From Candidatus Krumholzibacteriota bacterium (lineage in GTDB: Bacteria; Krumholzibacteriota; Krumholzibacteriia; JAJRXK01): 64,000 bases of DNA. A program made the position numbers and the translations under genes. Below, in pieces: positions 23,375 through 34,137 of this stretch (positions are counted from its first letter, which is position 1; each line of letters starts with the position of its first letter). Below the pieces are notes generated by a model. The model did no database searches. It was not told the DNA's origin and saw only the letters and a program-made list of their open reading frames with translations. The stretch lies in the NCBI GenBank assembly GCA_963727455.1, contig CAVSGG010000006.1, positions 32,001 through 96,000 of the forward strand, written 5' to 3'.

Positions 23375-24007
23375 ATGAACCCCAAGGCGCACGACGCACA
23401 TTCCAGTTCCAGCCCCGAAAGCGGCCCTGCGACGCCCTCCGATGAGTGGACGCGTGAGGAACTGGAGGGGGTGCGTCGCCGGGATCCGCAGGCACTGGGA
23501 CGTTTCTTCGAGCGGACCTTCGATTCGATCTACGGACTGAGCTTTCGTCTTTTGTCGGACCGCGCAGCGGCCGAGGATGCCACCCAGGAGGTATTTCTGA
23601 AGATCCACCGGGCGGCGCATCGCATCGACCCACAGCGCAATCCAACCCCCTGGATTCTGACCATCACCACCAACGTGTGCCGCGATCTTTTCCGCTCCAG
23701 CGGTCACAAGATGAGCAAAGCATCCGTTTCTATTGATGAGGAACCCGAACTGGGGGCCTCACTGGTGCGTGAGATTTCGACCCCGGAGGCAGAACTTCTA
23801 CAGAAGGAACAGCAGGGCCAGGTCCAGGCCGCCATTGATCGGCTGCCGGAGGCTTTGCGGGAAGTGATCCTGCTCCACGACTATCAGGGACTGGGACATC
23901 AAGAAATCGCGGAGATGGTGAACGTGAGCTACGGCGCGGTTCGCAAGCGCTACTCGCGCGCCCTCAGCGCACTGGGGGAAATTCTCGAGGAAATTGGGAA
24001 TGAGTAA
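23375..24007 (+). CDS. ECF sigma factor
   Basis: AEDATQEVFLKI (region 2); LPEALREVILL..YQGL..QEIA (region 4). Confidence 0.92.
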   Translation: MNPKAHDAHSSSSPESGPATPSDEWTREELEGVRRRDPQALGRFFERTFDSIYGLSFRLLSDRAAAEDATQEVFLKIHRAAHRIDPQRNPTPWILTITTNVCRDLFRSSGHKMSKASVSIDEEPELGASLVREISTPEAELLQKEQQGQVQAAIDRLPEALREVILLHDYQGLGHQEIAEMVNVSYGAVRKRYSRALSALGEILEEIGNE

Positions 24008-24803
24008 GGAAGAGAACAAGCAATTGAGTCCCGTACAGCAACGGGCGAAGGACGCGGTCGCGGGACTTTCCCGGCCCCAGGCCGATCCGACCTTCCGTGC
24101 CCGGCTCAAGCAGGACTTCGTGAAGGGAGAGCTGCGCTCGCGGGCTCCGGTCGCAACGGTACGTCCCTGGTACCTGCGCGCGGCCTTGCCCTTGGCGGCC
24201 GCTGCGGCACTCATCTTCATGCTCAACGTGCTAAATCGGGGACCGGCCTGGATCCTAGTCGAAGGAGCAGGAAGCGCCGTCATCGATGGCGAGACGGTCT
24301 CGCTCGATCAGCCGGAGAAAGTGGATGCGTTGCTGCACGGTGGCTCCAGGGTGGAGATCGCGCCCGACTCGCGCGCCGTCTTCAAACAGCGCGGCATCGT
24401 GATGGCCGAGCTGGAGGGCGGATCGGTCGTCTTGTTGCCCAAGGCGCCGGGCCGCTGGTTCAACCGCCGCATGGAGGGCACGATCGAGAAGGGCAACGTA
24501 GGCTGGATCACCGGATCCGGCTTCCCCGGGGCGCAACTCGTTCTGAACACGCCGGAGAGCATCATCGAGGTGGTGGGAACCTGCTTCAGGCTCATGTGTA
24601 CCGAAGATGGAACCTGCCTCTGTGTTCTTCATGGCGTGGTCCGCGCGGAGCGGCGCAACGGAAAGACCGACATGATCTCCGGCGGTCGCCGCAAGACCAT
24701 GTTCGCCGATGGATCCAAATCGGATCTGGGGGACATCCTCGATTCGAGCCGCACCGAACTTACCCAATTGACGGCCATGGCCGAAAAGGAAATGAACCGG
24801 TGA
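24000..24803 (+). CDS. Membrane-anchored anti-sigma factor, FecR-like
   Basis: Overlaps the ECF stop; single TM helix; LNTPESIIEVVGTCF...VLHGVV resembles the FecR domain. Confidence 0.7.
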   Translation: MSKEENKQLSPVQQRAKDAVAGLSRPQADPTFRARLKQDFVKGELRSRAPVATVRPWYLRAALPLAAAAALIFMLNVLNRGPAWILVEGAGSAVIDGETVSLDQPEKVDALLHGGSRVEIAPDSRAVFKQRGIVMAELEGGSVVLLPKAPGRWFNRRMEGTIEKGNVGWITGSGFPGAQLVLNTPESIIEVVGTCFRLMCTEDGTCLCVLHGVVRAERRNGKTDMISGGRRKTMFADGSKSDLGDILDSSRTELTQLTAMAEKEMNR

Positions 24804-25360
24804 AACTCCTGCTGACGATGCTTCTGTTGCTTCTTCCCGTGAGTGCGAGCGCCGCGCCCAAGGTCCAATTCGATGACTTCGGGAAGGCCCCCGAGATCAA
24901 ACTACCTCTGGTGGGGGAGAAGGGTTCGGCCAAGCTCTCGGAGATGCTGAAGGACGGCCCCGTCCTCGTCGACTTCTGGGCTACCTGGTGCGGACCCTGC
25001 CGTAAGCTCATGCCCGAATACGTGGAGCTCTATCAGCGCTACTCCAAGCGCGGATTCAAAATTCTGGCGGTCAGCCAGGACATGCCGCAGATGCTCGACA
25101 AGGTGGAGTCGTACCGGAAGGCCAACGGGATTCCCTTTCCCATCGTGCTCGACGGTGACAAGAAGGCTGCGAAGGCCTACGGGGTGTACAGCTTGCCGAC
25201 GGCGCTTTTGATCGACAAGCGGCAGCACGCAGTCTCGGTGGACGTCGGCTATCGGCCCGGGAACAAGGAGACTCTGGCCGCGAAGATCGAGGCTCTGCTG
25301 GGAGATTCTCCGCGCCCATCCAAGGAGGAACCCGGCGCCAGCGACGATACGATGCGCTGA
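24800..25360 (+). CDS. TlpA/ResA-type thiol-disulfide oxidoreductase
   Basis: GTGA overlap with the previous gene; signal peptide; VLVDFWATWCGPC; YGVYSLPT. Confidence 0.9.
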   Translation: MKLLLTMLLLLLPVSASAAPKVQFDDFGKAPEIKLPLVGEKGSAKLSEMLKDGPVLVDFWATWCGPCRKLMPEYVELYQRYSKRGFKILAVSQDMPQMLDKVESYRKANGIPFPIVLDGDKKAAKAYGVYSLPTALLIDKRQHAVSVDVGYRPGNKETLAAKIEALLGDSPRPSKEEPGASDDTMR

Positions 25361-25368
25361 GTGAGCGA

Positions 25369-26118
25369 ATGCAGGGAAAGTCTCAGCTCGCCATCCTCCT
25401 TTCCCTCTTCCTCGCGCTGTTCAGCGCGGCGCTCGCGCTCTTTTCGCTGGCCCTCTTGGGTCTACTCCTCCTGGGGGTATCGCCTCCGGGGGCGCCGCTG
25501 CTCGGGCCCTTCCCGTCCTTTCAGGAACGCATGGCTTTCGATCTCGCCCTCTGGGCGCTCTTCGGAGTGCAGCACAGTGTCATGGCACGCGCACCCTTCA
25601 AGAGCTGGCTCCACCGTGTTGCGCCATTCCTCTCCGAACGGACAGCCTACGTCTTTTTCTCTGCCGTAGTGACCTTGGCCCTGGTGCTTCTGTGGCAACC
25701 GCTTCCTACGAGCATCTGGAAGCTCTCCCCTCCATTCTCTTTTCTCGCCGACGGCATCGGGATTTTGGGCTTTCTTCTCGCCCTCATCTCCAGCAGCCTC
25801 ATCGATGGACTCGAACTCGTGGGCCTGCGCCGGCCACTCTTGGCGCTAGAGGGACGCTCCTATGAGGGGCCCCGGTTCGTGACACCGCTCTTCTATCGCG
25901 TGATTCGCCACCCCATCCAGGCCGGGGTGATTCTGCTCTTGTGGGGTATCGCCCGCATGAATGCCGATCGATTGTTCATGGCAATCTGTGGAACTCTGTA
26001 CATTCTCATCGCGCTTCCCCTGGAGGAGAGAGACCTGGAGGAGAAGCACGGGGAAGCCTACCGCAGCTATCGCGCACGGGTGCCGCGATTGATTCCGCGC
26101 ATTCGACGGGGAAACTGA
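25369..26118 (+). CDS. ICMT/nurim-family membrane methyltransferase, MddA-like
   Basis: FGVQHSVMARAPFKSW...ERTAYV...LWQP, FVTPLFYRVIRHP, LEERDL..HGEAY..YR..VP. Confidence 0.7.
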   Translation: MQGKSQLAILLSLFLALFSAALALFSLALLGLLLLGVSPPGAPLLGPFPSFQERMAFDLALWALFGVQHSVMARAPFKSWLHRVAPFLSERTAYVFFSAVVTLALVLLWQPLPTSIWKLSPPFSFLADGIGILGFLLALISSSLIDGLELVGLRRPLLALEGRSYEGPRFVTPLFYRVIRHPIQAGVILLLWGIARMNADRLFMAICGTLYILIALPLEERDLEEKHGEAYRSYRARVPRLIPRIRRGN

Positions 26119-26305
26119 GTGGCATTTCGAATGGATCCTTGCCTAATCGGGCTCCGAGGTTCAATATTTCCAGTTGTTTACCCGCCCCGGTGATGCAGGG
26201 TCGCGTGTCGTTTCCGCTCTTCATTCGCCGGCGAATTTCCGCACCTAACCCTCGGGGTTTCCGTCCTTTGGGTTACGGCGCCTTGCCTTTTCGTATGGAG
26301 TAGAA

Positions 26306-27001
26306 ATGCAGCGGGTGGTGAATCTTTACCGGTCTTCCATCGGGAAGAAGATCGTGATGGCGGTCACCGGGTTCATACTCGTGGCCTTTGTCGTCATCCA
26401 CATGCTCGGCAATCTGAAGGTCTTCTATCCCGCGCACGACGGCGTCTACAAGATCGACGCCTACGGAGAATTCTTGAGGACCGTGGGCTATCCGGTGTTC
26501 AGCCGGGGCAACGTTCTCTGGATCTTCCGCATCGGCCTTCTCGTCACTGCGATTTTGCACATCTGGTCCGCGATCGCGGTCTGGCGTATGAGCGCTCTGG
26601 CCCGTCCGCAGGATTACCAGAAGCGCGAATCGGTGGCTTCGACTCTGGCCTCGCGAACCATGCGCGTGGGCGGGATCATTCTGGCTGCGTTCATCATCTT
26701 CCACATTCTCAATCTCACCACGGGAAGCATCTTTCCGGGCGGAACCTTCGAGCACGGTCAAGTGCATCACAACATGGTGCTGACTTTCTCCGTCTGGTGG
26801 GTCGCCGCCTTTTACATCGTGGCGATGATCTTCCTCGGTCTGCACCTCTATCACGGTATCTGGAGCGCCTTCCAAACCTTGGGTGTGGCAAATCCGAGAT
26901 ACAAGCAGTGGCGGCGCACCTTAGCTTTGGTGATCGCTGTCCTCGTGAGCGCCGGGAATATTCTCATCCCTCTGGCGATCCTCATCGGCAGAGTTCACTA
27001 G
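26306..27001 (+). CDS. sdhC: Succinate dehydrogenase cytochrome b subunit
   Basis: SSIGKKIVMAVTG, HMLGNL, HLYHGIWSAFQTLG; first gene of the operon. Confidence 0.92.
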   Translation: MQRVVNLYRSSIGKKIVMAVTGFILVAFVVIHMLGNLKVFYPAHDGVYKIDAYGEFLRTVGYPVFSRGNVLWIFRIGLLVTAILHIWSAIAVWRMSALARPQDYQKRESVASTLASRTMRVGGIILAAFIIFHILNLTTGSIFPGGTFEHGQVHHNMVLTFSVWWVAAFYIVAMIFLGLHLYHGIWSAFQTLGVANPRYKQWRRTLALVIAVLVSAGNILIPLAILIGRVH

Positions 27002-27013
27002 GGAAGGGATGCC

Positions 27014-28924
27014 ATGAAACTCGACAGCAAAGTTCCAGGTGGGCCGATCGAGGAAAAGTGGGACCAGCATCGCTTCGACATGAAGCTGGTCAACCCGGCC
27101 AACAAACGGAAATTCTCGGTGATCGTGGTCGGCACCGGTCTGGCCGGCGCATCCGCCGCGGCATCCCTGGCCGAACTGGGATACGAAGTGAAGAGCTTCT
27201 GTTTCCAGGATTCTCCACGCCGCGCCCACAGCATCGCAGCGCAGGGCGGCATCAACGCGGCGAAGAACTATCCCAACGACGGCGATAGTATCTACCGGCT
27301 CTTCTACGACACGGTGAAGGGTGGAGACTTCCGTAGTCGCGAAGCCAACGTGTATCGCCTGGCGCAGGTGAGCAACAACATCATCGATCAGTGCGTGGCC
27401 CAAGGCGTGCCCTTCGCGCGCGAGTACGGCGGTATGTTGGCCACCCGCTCCTTCGGCGGCGCGCAGGTTTCTCGCACCTTCTACGCGCGGGGACAAACGG
27501 GGCAGCAACTGCTACTGGGAGCCTACGGCGCGCTGAATCGGCAGATCCGCGCCGGCAAGGTGAAGATGTATCCCCGCACCGAGATGCTCGATCTGGTGGT
27601 AGTGAACGGCAGGGCGCGCGGTATCGTGGTGCGCGACCTGGTAACGGGAAAAATCGAATGCCATGCAGCGCATGCGGTTCTCCTCGCCACTGGCGGCTAT
27701 TCGCCGGTGTTCTACCTCAGCACGAACGCAATGAACTGCAACGTGAACGCGGCCTTCCGTGCCCACAAGAAGGGCGCGGCTTTCGCCAATCCGTGCTACA
27801 CGCAAATCCATCCCACCTGCATTCCGGTGCACGGCGAACGTCAGAGTAAGCTGACGCTCATGAGCGAGTCGCTGCGCAACGATGGGCGGGTATGGGTGAG
27901 CAAGAAAGTAAACGACAACCGCAAGCCGGGCGAGATTCCCGAGAACGAACGCGACTATTATCTGGAGCGCAAGTACCCCAGCTTCGGCAACCTGGCGCCC
28001 CGCGACGTTTCCTCGCGCTCGGCGAAGGAAGTCTGTGACGAGGGAAGGGGCATCGGTGGAGGCAATGCGGTCTACCTCGACTTCAAGGACGCGATCGCCC
28101 GCCTGGGCAAGGACGTCATCGAGGCGCGCTACGGAAATCTTTTCGAGATGTACCAGCGCATCACCGACGAGAATCCCTACGAAGTGCCCATGCGCATCTT
28201 CCCCGCGCCCCACTACACCATGGGTGGACTTTGGGTGGACTACCATCTCATGAGCACCATTCCAGGCCTGCACGTGCTGGGCGAGGCGAACTTCTCCGAC
28301 CACGGCGCGAATCGTCTGGGAGCCAGCGCCCTCATGCAGGGACTGGCCGATGGTTACTTCGTCATTCCCTACACCCTGGGCCACTACCTGGCGTCGACCT
28401 CATTGGAAGAGGTGAACACTTCGCACCCAGCTTTCGCCGAGGCCGAAGGCGCGGCGCGTGATCGCCTGCTCAAGCTGCTGGGAATTGGCGGCAAGCGCAG
28501 CAGCGACGAGTTCCACAAGAAGCTGGGTCGCATCCTGTGGGAGTACTGCGGTCTCGCGCGCAGCGAAGAGGGATTGAAGAAGGCGCTTCAGCTCATTCCC
28601 GAGCTGCGAGGGGAATTCTGGGAAGACGTGCGCGTGCCGGGTGGAATCGACGAGTTCAATCAGTCGCTGGAGAAGGCGAATCGGGTGGCCGATTTCCTCG
28701 AATTCGCCGAGTTACTCTGCTACGACGCGCTGCAACGCGATGAATCGTGCGGAGCGCATCTCCGGGTGGAACATCAGAGCGACGAGGGAGAGGCCGTCCG
28801 CAACGATGAGGAGTACGCCTACGTCGCGGCCTGGGAATACAAGGGTCCGGGCGAGAGACCCGAGCTCCACAAGGAATCTCTCGAGTTCGAGAACGTGAAA
28901 CTCGCAACACGGAGTTACAAGTGA
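27014..28924 (+). CDS. sdhA: Succinate dehydrogenase/fumarate reductase flavoprotein
   Basis: [43 protein letters not shown]. Confidence 0.97.
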   Translation: MKLDSKVPGGPIEEKWDQHRFDMKLVNPANKRKFSVIVVGTGLAGASAAASLAELGYEVKSFCFQDSPRRAHSIAAQGGINAAKNYPNDGDSIYRLFYDTVKGGDFRSREANVYRLAQVSNNIIDQCVAQGVPFAREYGGMLATRSFGGAQVSRTFYARGQTGQQLLLGAYGALNRQIRAGKVKMYPRTEMLDLVVVNGRARGIVVRDLVTGKIECHAAHAVLLATGGYSPVFYLSTNAMNCNVNAAFRAHKKGAAFANPCYTQIHPTCIPVHGERQSKLTLMSESLRNDGRVWVSKKVNDNRKPGEIPENERDYYLERKYPSFGNLAPRDVSSRSAKEVCDEGRGIGGGNAVYLDFKDAIARLGKDVIEARYGNLFEMYQRITDENPYEVPMRIFPAPHYTMGGLWVDYHLMSTIPGLHVLGEANFSDHGANRLGASALMQGLADGYFVIPYTLGHYLASTSLEEVNTSHPAFAEAEGAARDRLLKLLGIGGKRSSDEFHKKLGRILWEYCGLARSEEGLKKALQLIPELRGEFWEDVRVPGGIDEFNQSLEKANRVADFLEFAELLCYDALQRDESCGAHLRVEHQSDEGEAVRNDEEYAYVAAWEYKGPGERPELHKESLEFENVKLATRSYK

Positions 28925-29673
28925 TGGACGTCAAGCTGAAGATCTGGCGGCAGAAGGGACCGAAGGAGAAGGGCGGCTTCGTCAGCTACGAAATGAAGAA
29001 CGTCTCTCCTGACCAGTCGTTTTTGGAAATGCTCGACGACCTGAACGTGAAACTCACGCACGAGGGCGAGGATCCGGTAGCCTTCGATCACGATTGCCGC
29101 GAGGGAATCTGTGGAATGTGTAGCCTGGTCATCAATGGCCGTCCTCATGGCCCCATGAAGGAGACCACCACCTGCCAGGTGCACATGCGCACCTACAAGG
29201 ATGGAGACACGATCACCATCGAGCCCTTTCGGGCACGCGGATTTCCCATCATCAAGGACCTCGTCATCGATCGGACTTCCTTCGATCGTATTCTGCAGGC
29301 TGGAGGCTACGTCTCCGTAGGCACCGGCAGTCCCCAGGACGCCAACGCCACGCCGATCCACAAGGACGAGAGCGACCTCGCAATGGACGCAGCCGCCTGT
29401 ATCGGCTGCGGAGCCTGTGTGGCCTCCTGCCCCAACGCGAGCGCGATGCTATTTGTGGCCGCCAAAGTGAGCCACTTGGGGCTCCTTCCGCAGGGCCAGC
29501 TCGAACGGAAGGAACGGGTGGCGAAAATGGTGGCCCAGATGGATGCGGAAGGCTTCGGGGCCTGCAGCAATCACACCGAATGCGAGGCCGTCTGCCCCAA
29601 GGGCATCAGCATCGACTTCATCGCCATGCTGAATCGCGAGCTCAGCAAGTCGAAACTGAGCGGAGTGAGCTAA
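28924..29673 (+). CDS. sdhB: Succinate dehydrogenase iron-sulfur subunit
   Basis: [34 protein letters not shown]. Confidence 0.96.
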   Translation: MDVKLKIWRQKGPKEKGGFVSYEMKNVSPDQSFLEMLDDLNVKLTHEGEDPVAFDHDCREGICGMCSLVINGRPHGPMKETTTCQVHMRTYKDGDTITIEPFRARGFPIIKDLVIDRTSFDRILQAGGYVSVGTGSPQDANATPIHKDESDLAMDAAACIGCGACVASCPNASAMLFVAAKVSHLGLLPQGQLERKERVAKMVAQMDAEGFGACSNHTECEAVCPKGISIDFIAMLNRELSKSKLSGVS

Positions 29674-29810
29674 TTCGGCGCCCGCAGCTCCAAAGGGGGT
29701 ATTTCCCCCGCCCGAGCGGCTAGCCTCCCCGCGAGCTTTGACTATTTTTAGCGGGACTCCCTGAGGGGTCCCGTCCTTCTTCTCCTCCCCGACTATTTAG
29801 CGTGGCTTGC

Positions 29811-30845
29811 ATGGCGAACGAACTACAGGCGATTACCGACGGCCTGGGACGCCCCCTGAAGGATCTTCGTATTTCCGTTACGGATCGTTGCAACTTCCGT
29901 TGCAGCTACTGCATGCCCAACGACGAGTACGACTGGACGCCCAAGAAGGACATTCTGAGCTATGAAGAGGTGGCGCGCCTGTGTTCTCTGCTCTGTCGTT
30001 TGGGGGTGGAGAAAGTTCGCCTGACCGGGGGCGAGCCACTCGTCCGCCAGGATCTGGAGAATCTGGTGGGCATGTTGCGCAAGATACCTGTCCTGAAAGA
30101 CATCAGCCTCACCACCAACGGTGCATTGCTCACCAAGGCGCGCGCGCGCCGGCTCAAGGAGGCAGGGCTAGGTCGCGTGAATATCAGCCTCGACAGCCTT
30201 CGTCCGGAACGTTTCGCGCAAATCAACCGTCGGGGTAAGCTCGCCCAGGTTCTGTCAGGAATCGAGGCCGCCAAAACGGCGGGACTCGGCCCCATCAAGA
30301 TCAACAGTGTCATTCTGCGGGGGATTAACGACGACGAAATCGTCGACCTCTTCGAGTTCGCCCGCCAAGAATCTCTCCAGTTGCGCTTCATCGAATACAT
30401 GGACGTGGGTCAGGCGAACCACTGGGATCTCAGTCGCACCATGACGCAGGCGGAGATTCTGCAGGTCCTCTCGACGCAATTGAAGCTACGCAAGAACGGA
30501 CGCCGGGAGGATCGCGCTCCCGCGATGGAGTTCGTCAGCGAAGAGGGGGATGCCTCCCTCGGGGTGATCGCCTCGGTGAGCGAACCTTTTTGCTCGAGTT
30601 GCTCCCGCGCTCGACTCACTGCCGAAGGACGGCTCGTCACCTGCCTCTTCGCACAGGATGGTTTCGATCTGCGCGGCCCCTTGCGGGAAGGGCAAAGCGA
30701 CGCCGAACTGATGCAGATGATCCAGACAGTTTGGAGTCGACGCGACGACCGCTACAGCGAGGAACGGCTGGAGGCCATTCTCAGCGAGAAGGGTTATGAT
30801 CCGAGCGATCGCAAGAAGATCGAGATGATCCGCCTGGGCGGCTGA
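29811..30845 (+). CDS. moaA: GTP 3',8-cyclase
   Basis: LRISVTDRCNFRCSYCMP, FCSSCSRARLTAEG..TCLF, C-terminal GG. Confidence 0.96.
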   Translation: MANELQAITDGLGRPLKDLRISVTDRCNFRCSYCMPNDEYDWTPKKDILSYEEVARLCSLLCRLGVEKVRLTGGEPLVRQDLENLVGMLRKIPVLKDISLTTNGALLTKARARRLKEAGLGRVNISLDSLRPERFAQINRRGKLAQVLSGIEAAKTAGLGPIKINSVILRGINDDEIVDLFEFARQESLQLRFIEYMDVGQANHWDLSRTMTQAEILQVLSTQLKLRKNGRREDRAPAMEFVSEEGDASLGVIASVSEPFCSSCSRARLTAEGRLVTCLFAQDGFDLRGPLREGQSDAELMQMIQTVWSRRDDRYSEERLEAILSEKGYDPSDRKKIEMIRLGG

Positions 30846-30879
30846 GCCTCACGCTCGCGAAACGCCGCCGCCACTCGCA

Positions 30880-32385
30880 TCACTCTTCGGGGAAGATCTC
30901 ATCCTCGCTACTGGTCACTTGGAAGGCGCGGTGGACACGCGCGAGCTTACGCCGAAGTCCCTTGTTGAGCACCGCGGCGCCGCGTCCGGTATGCGGACGC
31001 CACGCGGCGGAAACTTTCGCTAGGTCCCGGTCGAGTTGCCAGTCGTGACGGTAGCGTCGCCCTTCGAGCGCGATGATCCCCGCGAACTCCTCCGTCGAAA
31101 GCTCGTGACTCGAGAAGTAATCGCGCGCGCGGGTAGAACTGATGAAGGTCTCGTGGATTCTCGCCGCCGCGAAGATCCCATGCATACTTCCTTCTGCGCG
31201 GAGTCCCATGATGGCAAAGAGGGCAACCCGAAAATCGCGAGCACTGTCGAACTCCCTGCCCTGGAGGTCCGACAGACGCGAGGTATTCACGCCCAGTTCT
31301 TCGAGGTGCTGGATTACCTCGCCAGAGATTTCGTAGTGGACAGGACGTACAACCTCTTGCTCGAAGACATTTTGTACGAAGAACAACGAGACGTAGCATA
31401 CCGCGGCAGCCGCGATGGGGGTGATGATCCAACCTCCCGCGATTCCCCGCAGTAGTTTGAGGTTGACGCCGCGCGCTCCTTTCGACAGCCCGATTCCCAA
31501 TACGCCGCCCACCACTGCTTGCGAAGCGGAGACGGGCACCAGGGGCAGCGTGGGAAGGCCGTGCGCGGCCAGCAGATGCTCGAGCGACTCGGAGGCGAAA
31601 AGGTAGAGCACCAGAGCTTCAGAGACGACTACGACCAGCGCCGCCACCGGGGTGAGCCGGAAGATATCGTGCCCCACAGTCTGCATGGTGTGACGTGAAT
31701 ACGTGAAGATTCCTACCGAAATGGCCAAGGAGCCCAAGAGGAAGAGTTGCTGCGCGCTGTCGAGACGAATTCCCGGCAAGAAGGTGGCTGGCTTCAGTTG
31801 GAAGGCCGGAACGAACACTCCCACGACGTTGGCGATGTTGTTGGCGCCCAGTGCCCAAGCCCCCATGGCCCCCACCACGAGAAGCCCCCAGCGCGTGCGA
31901 GAATGGATGGCCAACAAGTGGGTTCGCGTGCTTGACGACCAGCGACGCGCCAGGGTGAAGAGCACCATGGAGAAAAGAGCGGCCAACATGGGACAGACCA
32001 CCCAGGTGCTCATGATGGTCGCAAGTGAGGAGAGATCCGTGGGAACGCCAGTGAAGATGTTCCAGCCCACGATGGCGCCCACGATGGCCTGCGAAGTGGA
32101 TACCGGCAAATGAAGACGTACCATCCAGGCCACGCTGAGGCCGGCCGCCAGGGCTACCGTGAAAGAGCCCGCCAGGGCGTTCACCGATCCGAGCTTGCCC
32201 AGGGTGTGCGTGGTGCCAGCCCCTCCGATCACTGCGCCTAGGACTACGAAGATGCTCGCCACGAGGGCGGCGGTGCGAAACCGCAACATACGGGTACCCA
32301 CCGCAGTGCCGAAGATGCTTGCGGCATCGTTTGCACCCAGCGACCAACCCATGAAAAGACCACTGAGAAGAAAGAACCAGGGCAC
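30880..32385 (-). CDS. PiT-family inorganic phosphate transporter with C-terminal soluble extension
   Basis: GWSLGANDA, PVSTSQAIVG, GANNIANV, PVSASQAVVG; GTG start at 32385 after GAGGA. Confidence 0.88.
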   Translation of the reverse strand: MPWFFLLSGLFMGWSLGANDAASIFGTAVGTRMLRFRTAALVASIFVVLGAVIGGAGTTHTLGKLGSVNALAGSFTVALAAGLSVAWMVRLHLPVSTSQAIVGAIVGWNIFTGVPTDLSSLATIMSTWVVCPMLAALFSMVLFTLARRWSSSTRTHLLAIHSRTRWGLLVVGAMGAWALGANNIANVVGVFVPAFQLKPATFLPGIRLDSAQQLFLLGSLAISVGIFTYSRHTMQTVGHDIFRLTPVAALVVVVSEALVLYLFASESLEHLLAAHGLPTLPLVPVSASQAVVGGVLGIGLSKGARGVNLKLLRGIAGGWIITPIAAAAVCYVSLFFVQNVFEQEVVRPVHYEISGEVIQHLEELGVNTSRLSDLQGREFDSARDFRVALFAIMGLRAEGSMHGIFAAARIHETFISSTRARDYFSSHELSTEEFAGIIALEGRRYRHDWQLDRDLAKVSAAWRPHTGRGAAVLNKGLRRKLARVHRAFQVTSSEDEIFPEE

Positions 32386-32442
32386 TTGACCAGTCCTCAC
32401 TCGTTCGCGATGAAGTCACCGTCGAATTGCGGGTCCCATTGC

Positions 32443-33087
32443 TTAGAGGGAGCGCTTGATGTTCGCGATTGCGAGGCGATCGCAAACATCTTCGGCTCCG
32501 TCGGCGATTCGATCGATACGCACCGAGAAATCACGTTGGTGCAGCTTGGACGCCAGATCGATGTCCGCGGCGAAGAGTTGGCGCCGGATCTTGCCTCCAA
32601 CGCGATCGCTCGCCTGCTCGTGGAAACGCGCGCGGGCAATGTGGTCCCGGACTGCCTTGGGGTCGCGAAAGTATGACCTTGCCGCCATGACCATTTCGTC
32701 CACGCAATCCACAGTAGAGGCAATCAGCTCGCGGAAATCCGTCAGGAGCACGGGCAGGATGTCCGGCCTCTCTACCGCGAAATCCTGAAGACTCTCTTCG
32801 CAACGGTTGATGACCTTGTCGATGGTCTCCAGCAATCCCAGGATGTCGCCGCGCGACTCGGGTAGAAGGGTCTCCGTATAGAGTCGGGTCTCGATTTCTC
32901 GACGCAGCTCGTCGGCTTTCGACTCCAGTCTCTGCAGCTCGTGGAGGCGATCACTGAAGTCGTCGTGGCGATCCTCCGTGTAGTGGTCGACCGCAGCGCG
33001 ATAGATCAGTCCGCCCTGCACGACCAGATCGAGATATTCGTCGATCTGCCGCTCCAGCCTGCGAGTGCGGTGGAAGAGGATATCCAT
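32443..33087 (-). CDS. DUF47/PhoU-like phosphate transport regulator
   Basis: ESKADELRR..E..LY..TLLPESRGD, EQASD, IADGAEDVCDRL; adjacent to PiT. Confidence 0.9.
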   Translation of the reverse strand: MDILFHRTRRLERQIDEYLDLVVQGGLIYRAAVDHYTEDRHDDFSDRLHELQRLESKADELRREIETRLYTETLLPESRGDILGLLETIDKVINRCEESLQDFAVERPDILPVLLTDFRELIASTVDCVDEMVMAARSYFRDPKAVRDHIARARFHEQASDRVGGKIRRQLFAADIDLASKLHQRDFSVRIDRIADGAEDVCDRLAIANIKRSL

Positions 33088-33119
33088 GATGCTCTCCGGG
33101 AATGAGATCAGTGTGTGGT

Positions 33120-34085
33120 TCAGTCTCCCGATCCGAGCGGGAGCAGGAATCGATCGTGGAAGAGACCGTGGCGCAAGCCTCGTTCGCTCACGGAGAGAGA
33201 ACGAAGGCCCGATAGCTCGAAGACCTCGGCCACGATACAAGCCCCGGCCAGGATGACGTCGGCCCGGTCCGCGGCGAGTCCGTCGATTTCCTGGCGCTCC
33301 TTCAGGGGAAGCCGGGCGTAGAGTTCAATTTGCCGCTCGACTTCCTCCCTGCACACAACTGTATTTCGGATTCTGTGGGGGTCAAAGCTTTTCATGCCGA
33401 GTTGCACGGCGGCCAGGGTGGTGATGGTGCCCCCGATCCCGACCAGCCGCCGGACCGGCCCGGTCTGAGAGAGGAGCTTTCCAACCCGCGCCAGAGACTC
33501 AGCAACATTGGCCCGCAGTTCCTCGAGCTCGCTTAGGGTGGGGGGATCGCTGCGCAGATACTCCTCGCTGGGACGGCGTACACCCAAATTGATGCTGGTG
33601 CGGCCGGCGATCGAGGAAGTGTCACCTAGAATGAACTCGGTGCTCCCCCCGCCGATGTCGAAGACGCAGATCATCTCCGCGAGAGTGTGTAGACCGGTGA
33701 GCACGCCCAGGAAGGAGAGGCGGGCCTCCTCCTCGCCAGGGATGATCTCGACCTCGATCCCGCAACGCTCCCTCGCCGCCTGCACGAACTCGTCGGCATT
33801 GCGCGCTTCCCGTAGAGCCATCGTGCCGGCGACCACGAAATCGACGGCACCTTTAGCACGCGCACGTGAGACGAAGCGGTCCAGTTGTTCGAGGTTACGG
33901 TTGATGGCAGCTTGGCTGAGGAGACCCGTGGCGGCGAGTCCTTCGCCGAGCCGGGTGATCGCCAGATCTTCCAGCGCGGGTGAGACCACTTGGGTTCCCG
34001 TGCTGGAAGATGCCGGCGTGCGCGTGTCTCCCACGAAGAGCTTCATCGAGTTGGTGCCGATGTCGATCGCAGCGCAAATGGGCAC
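33120..34085 (-). CDS. ppx: Ppx/GppA family phosphatase
   Basis: AAIDIGTNS, ITRLGEG, EEEARLSFLG, DIGGGSTE, RADVILAG. Confidence 0.92.
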   Translation of the reverse strand: MPICAAIDIGTNSMKLFVGDTRTPASSSTGTQVVSPALEDLAITRLGEGLAATGLLSQAAINRNLEQLDRFVSRARAKGAVDFVVAGTMALREARNADEFVQAARERCGIEVEIIPGEEEARLSFLGVLTGLHTLAEMICVFDIGGGSTEFILGDTSSIAGRTSINLGVRRPSEEYLRSDPPTLSELEELRANVAESLARVGKLLSQTGPVRRLVGIGGTITTLAAVQLGMKSFDPHRIRNTVVCREEVERQIELYARLPLKERQEIDGLAADRADVILAGACIVAEVFELSGLRSLSVSERGLRHGLFHDRFLLPLGSGD

Positions 34086-34137
34086 GAACTCAACGCTCCT
34101 GGCGGGAGACTACGAGCTGCATTCCCCGGATTTCAGC

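Noticed and set aside
29674-29810. Moco riboswitch before moaA
   Set aside because: Only short fragments (CCGAGC, GCCTCCC) resemble it; the expected stems and RBS-containing P1 are absent.
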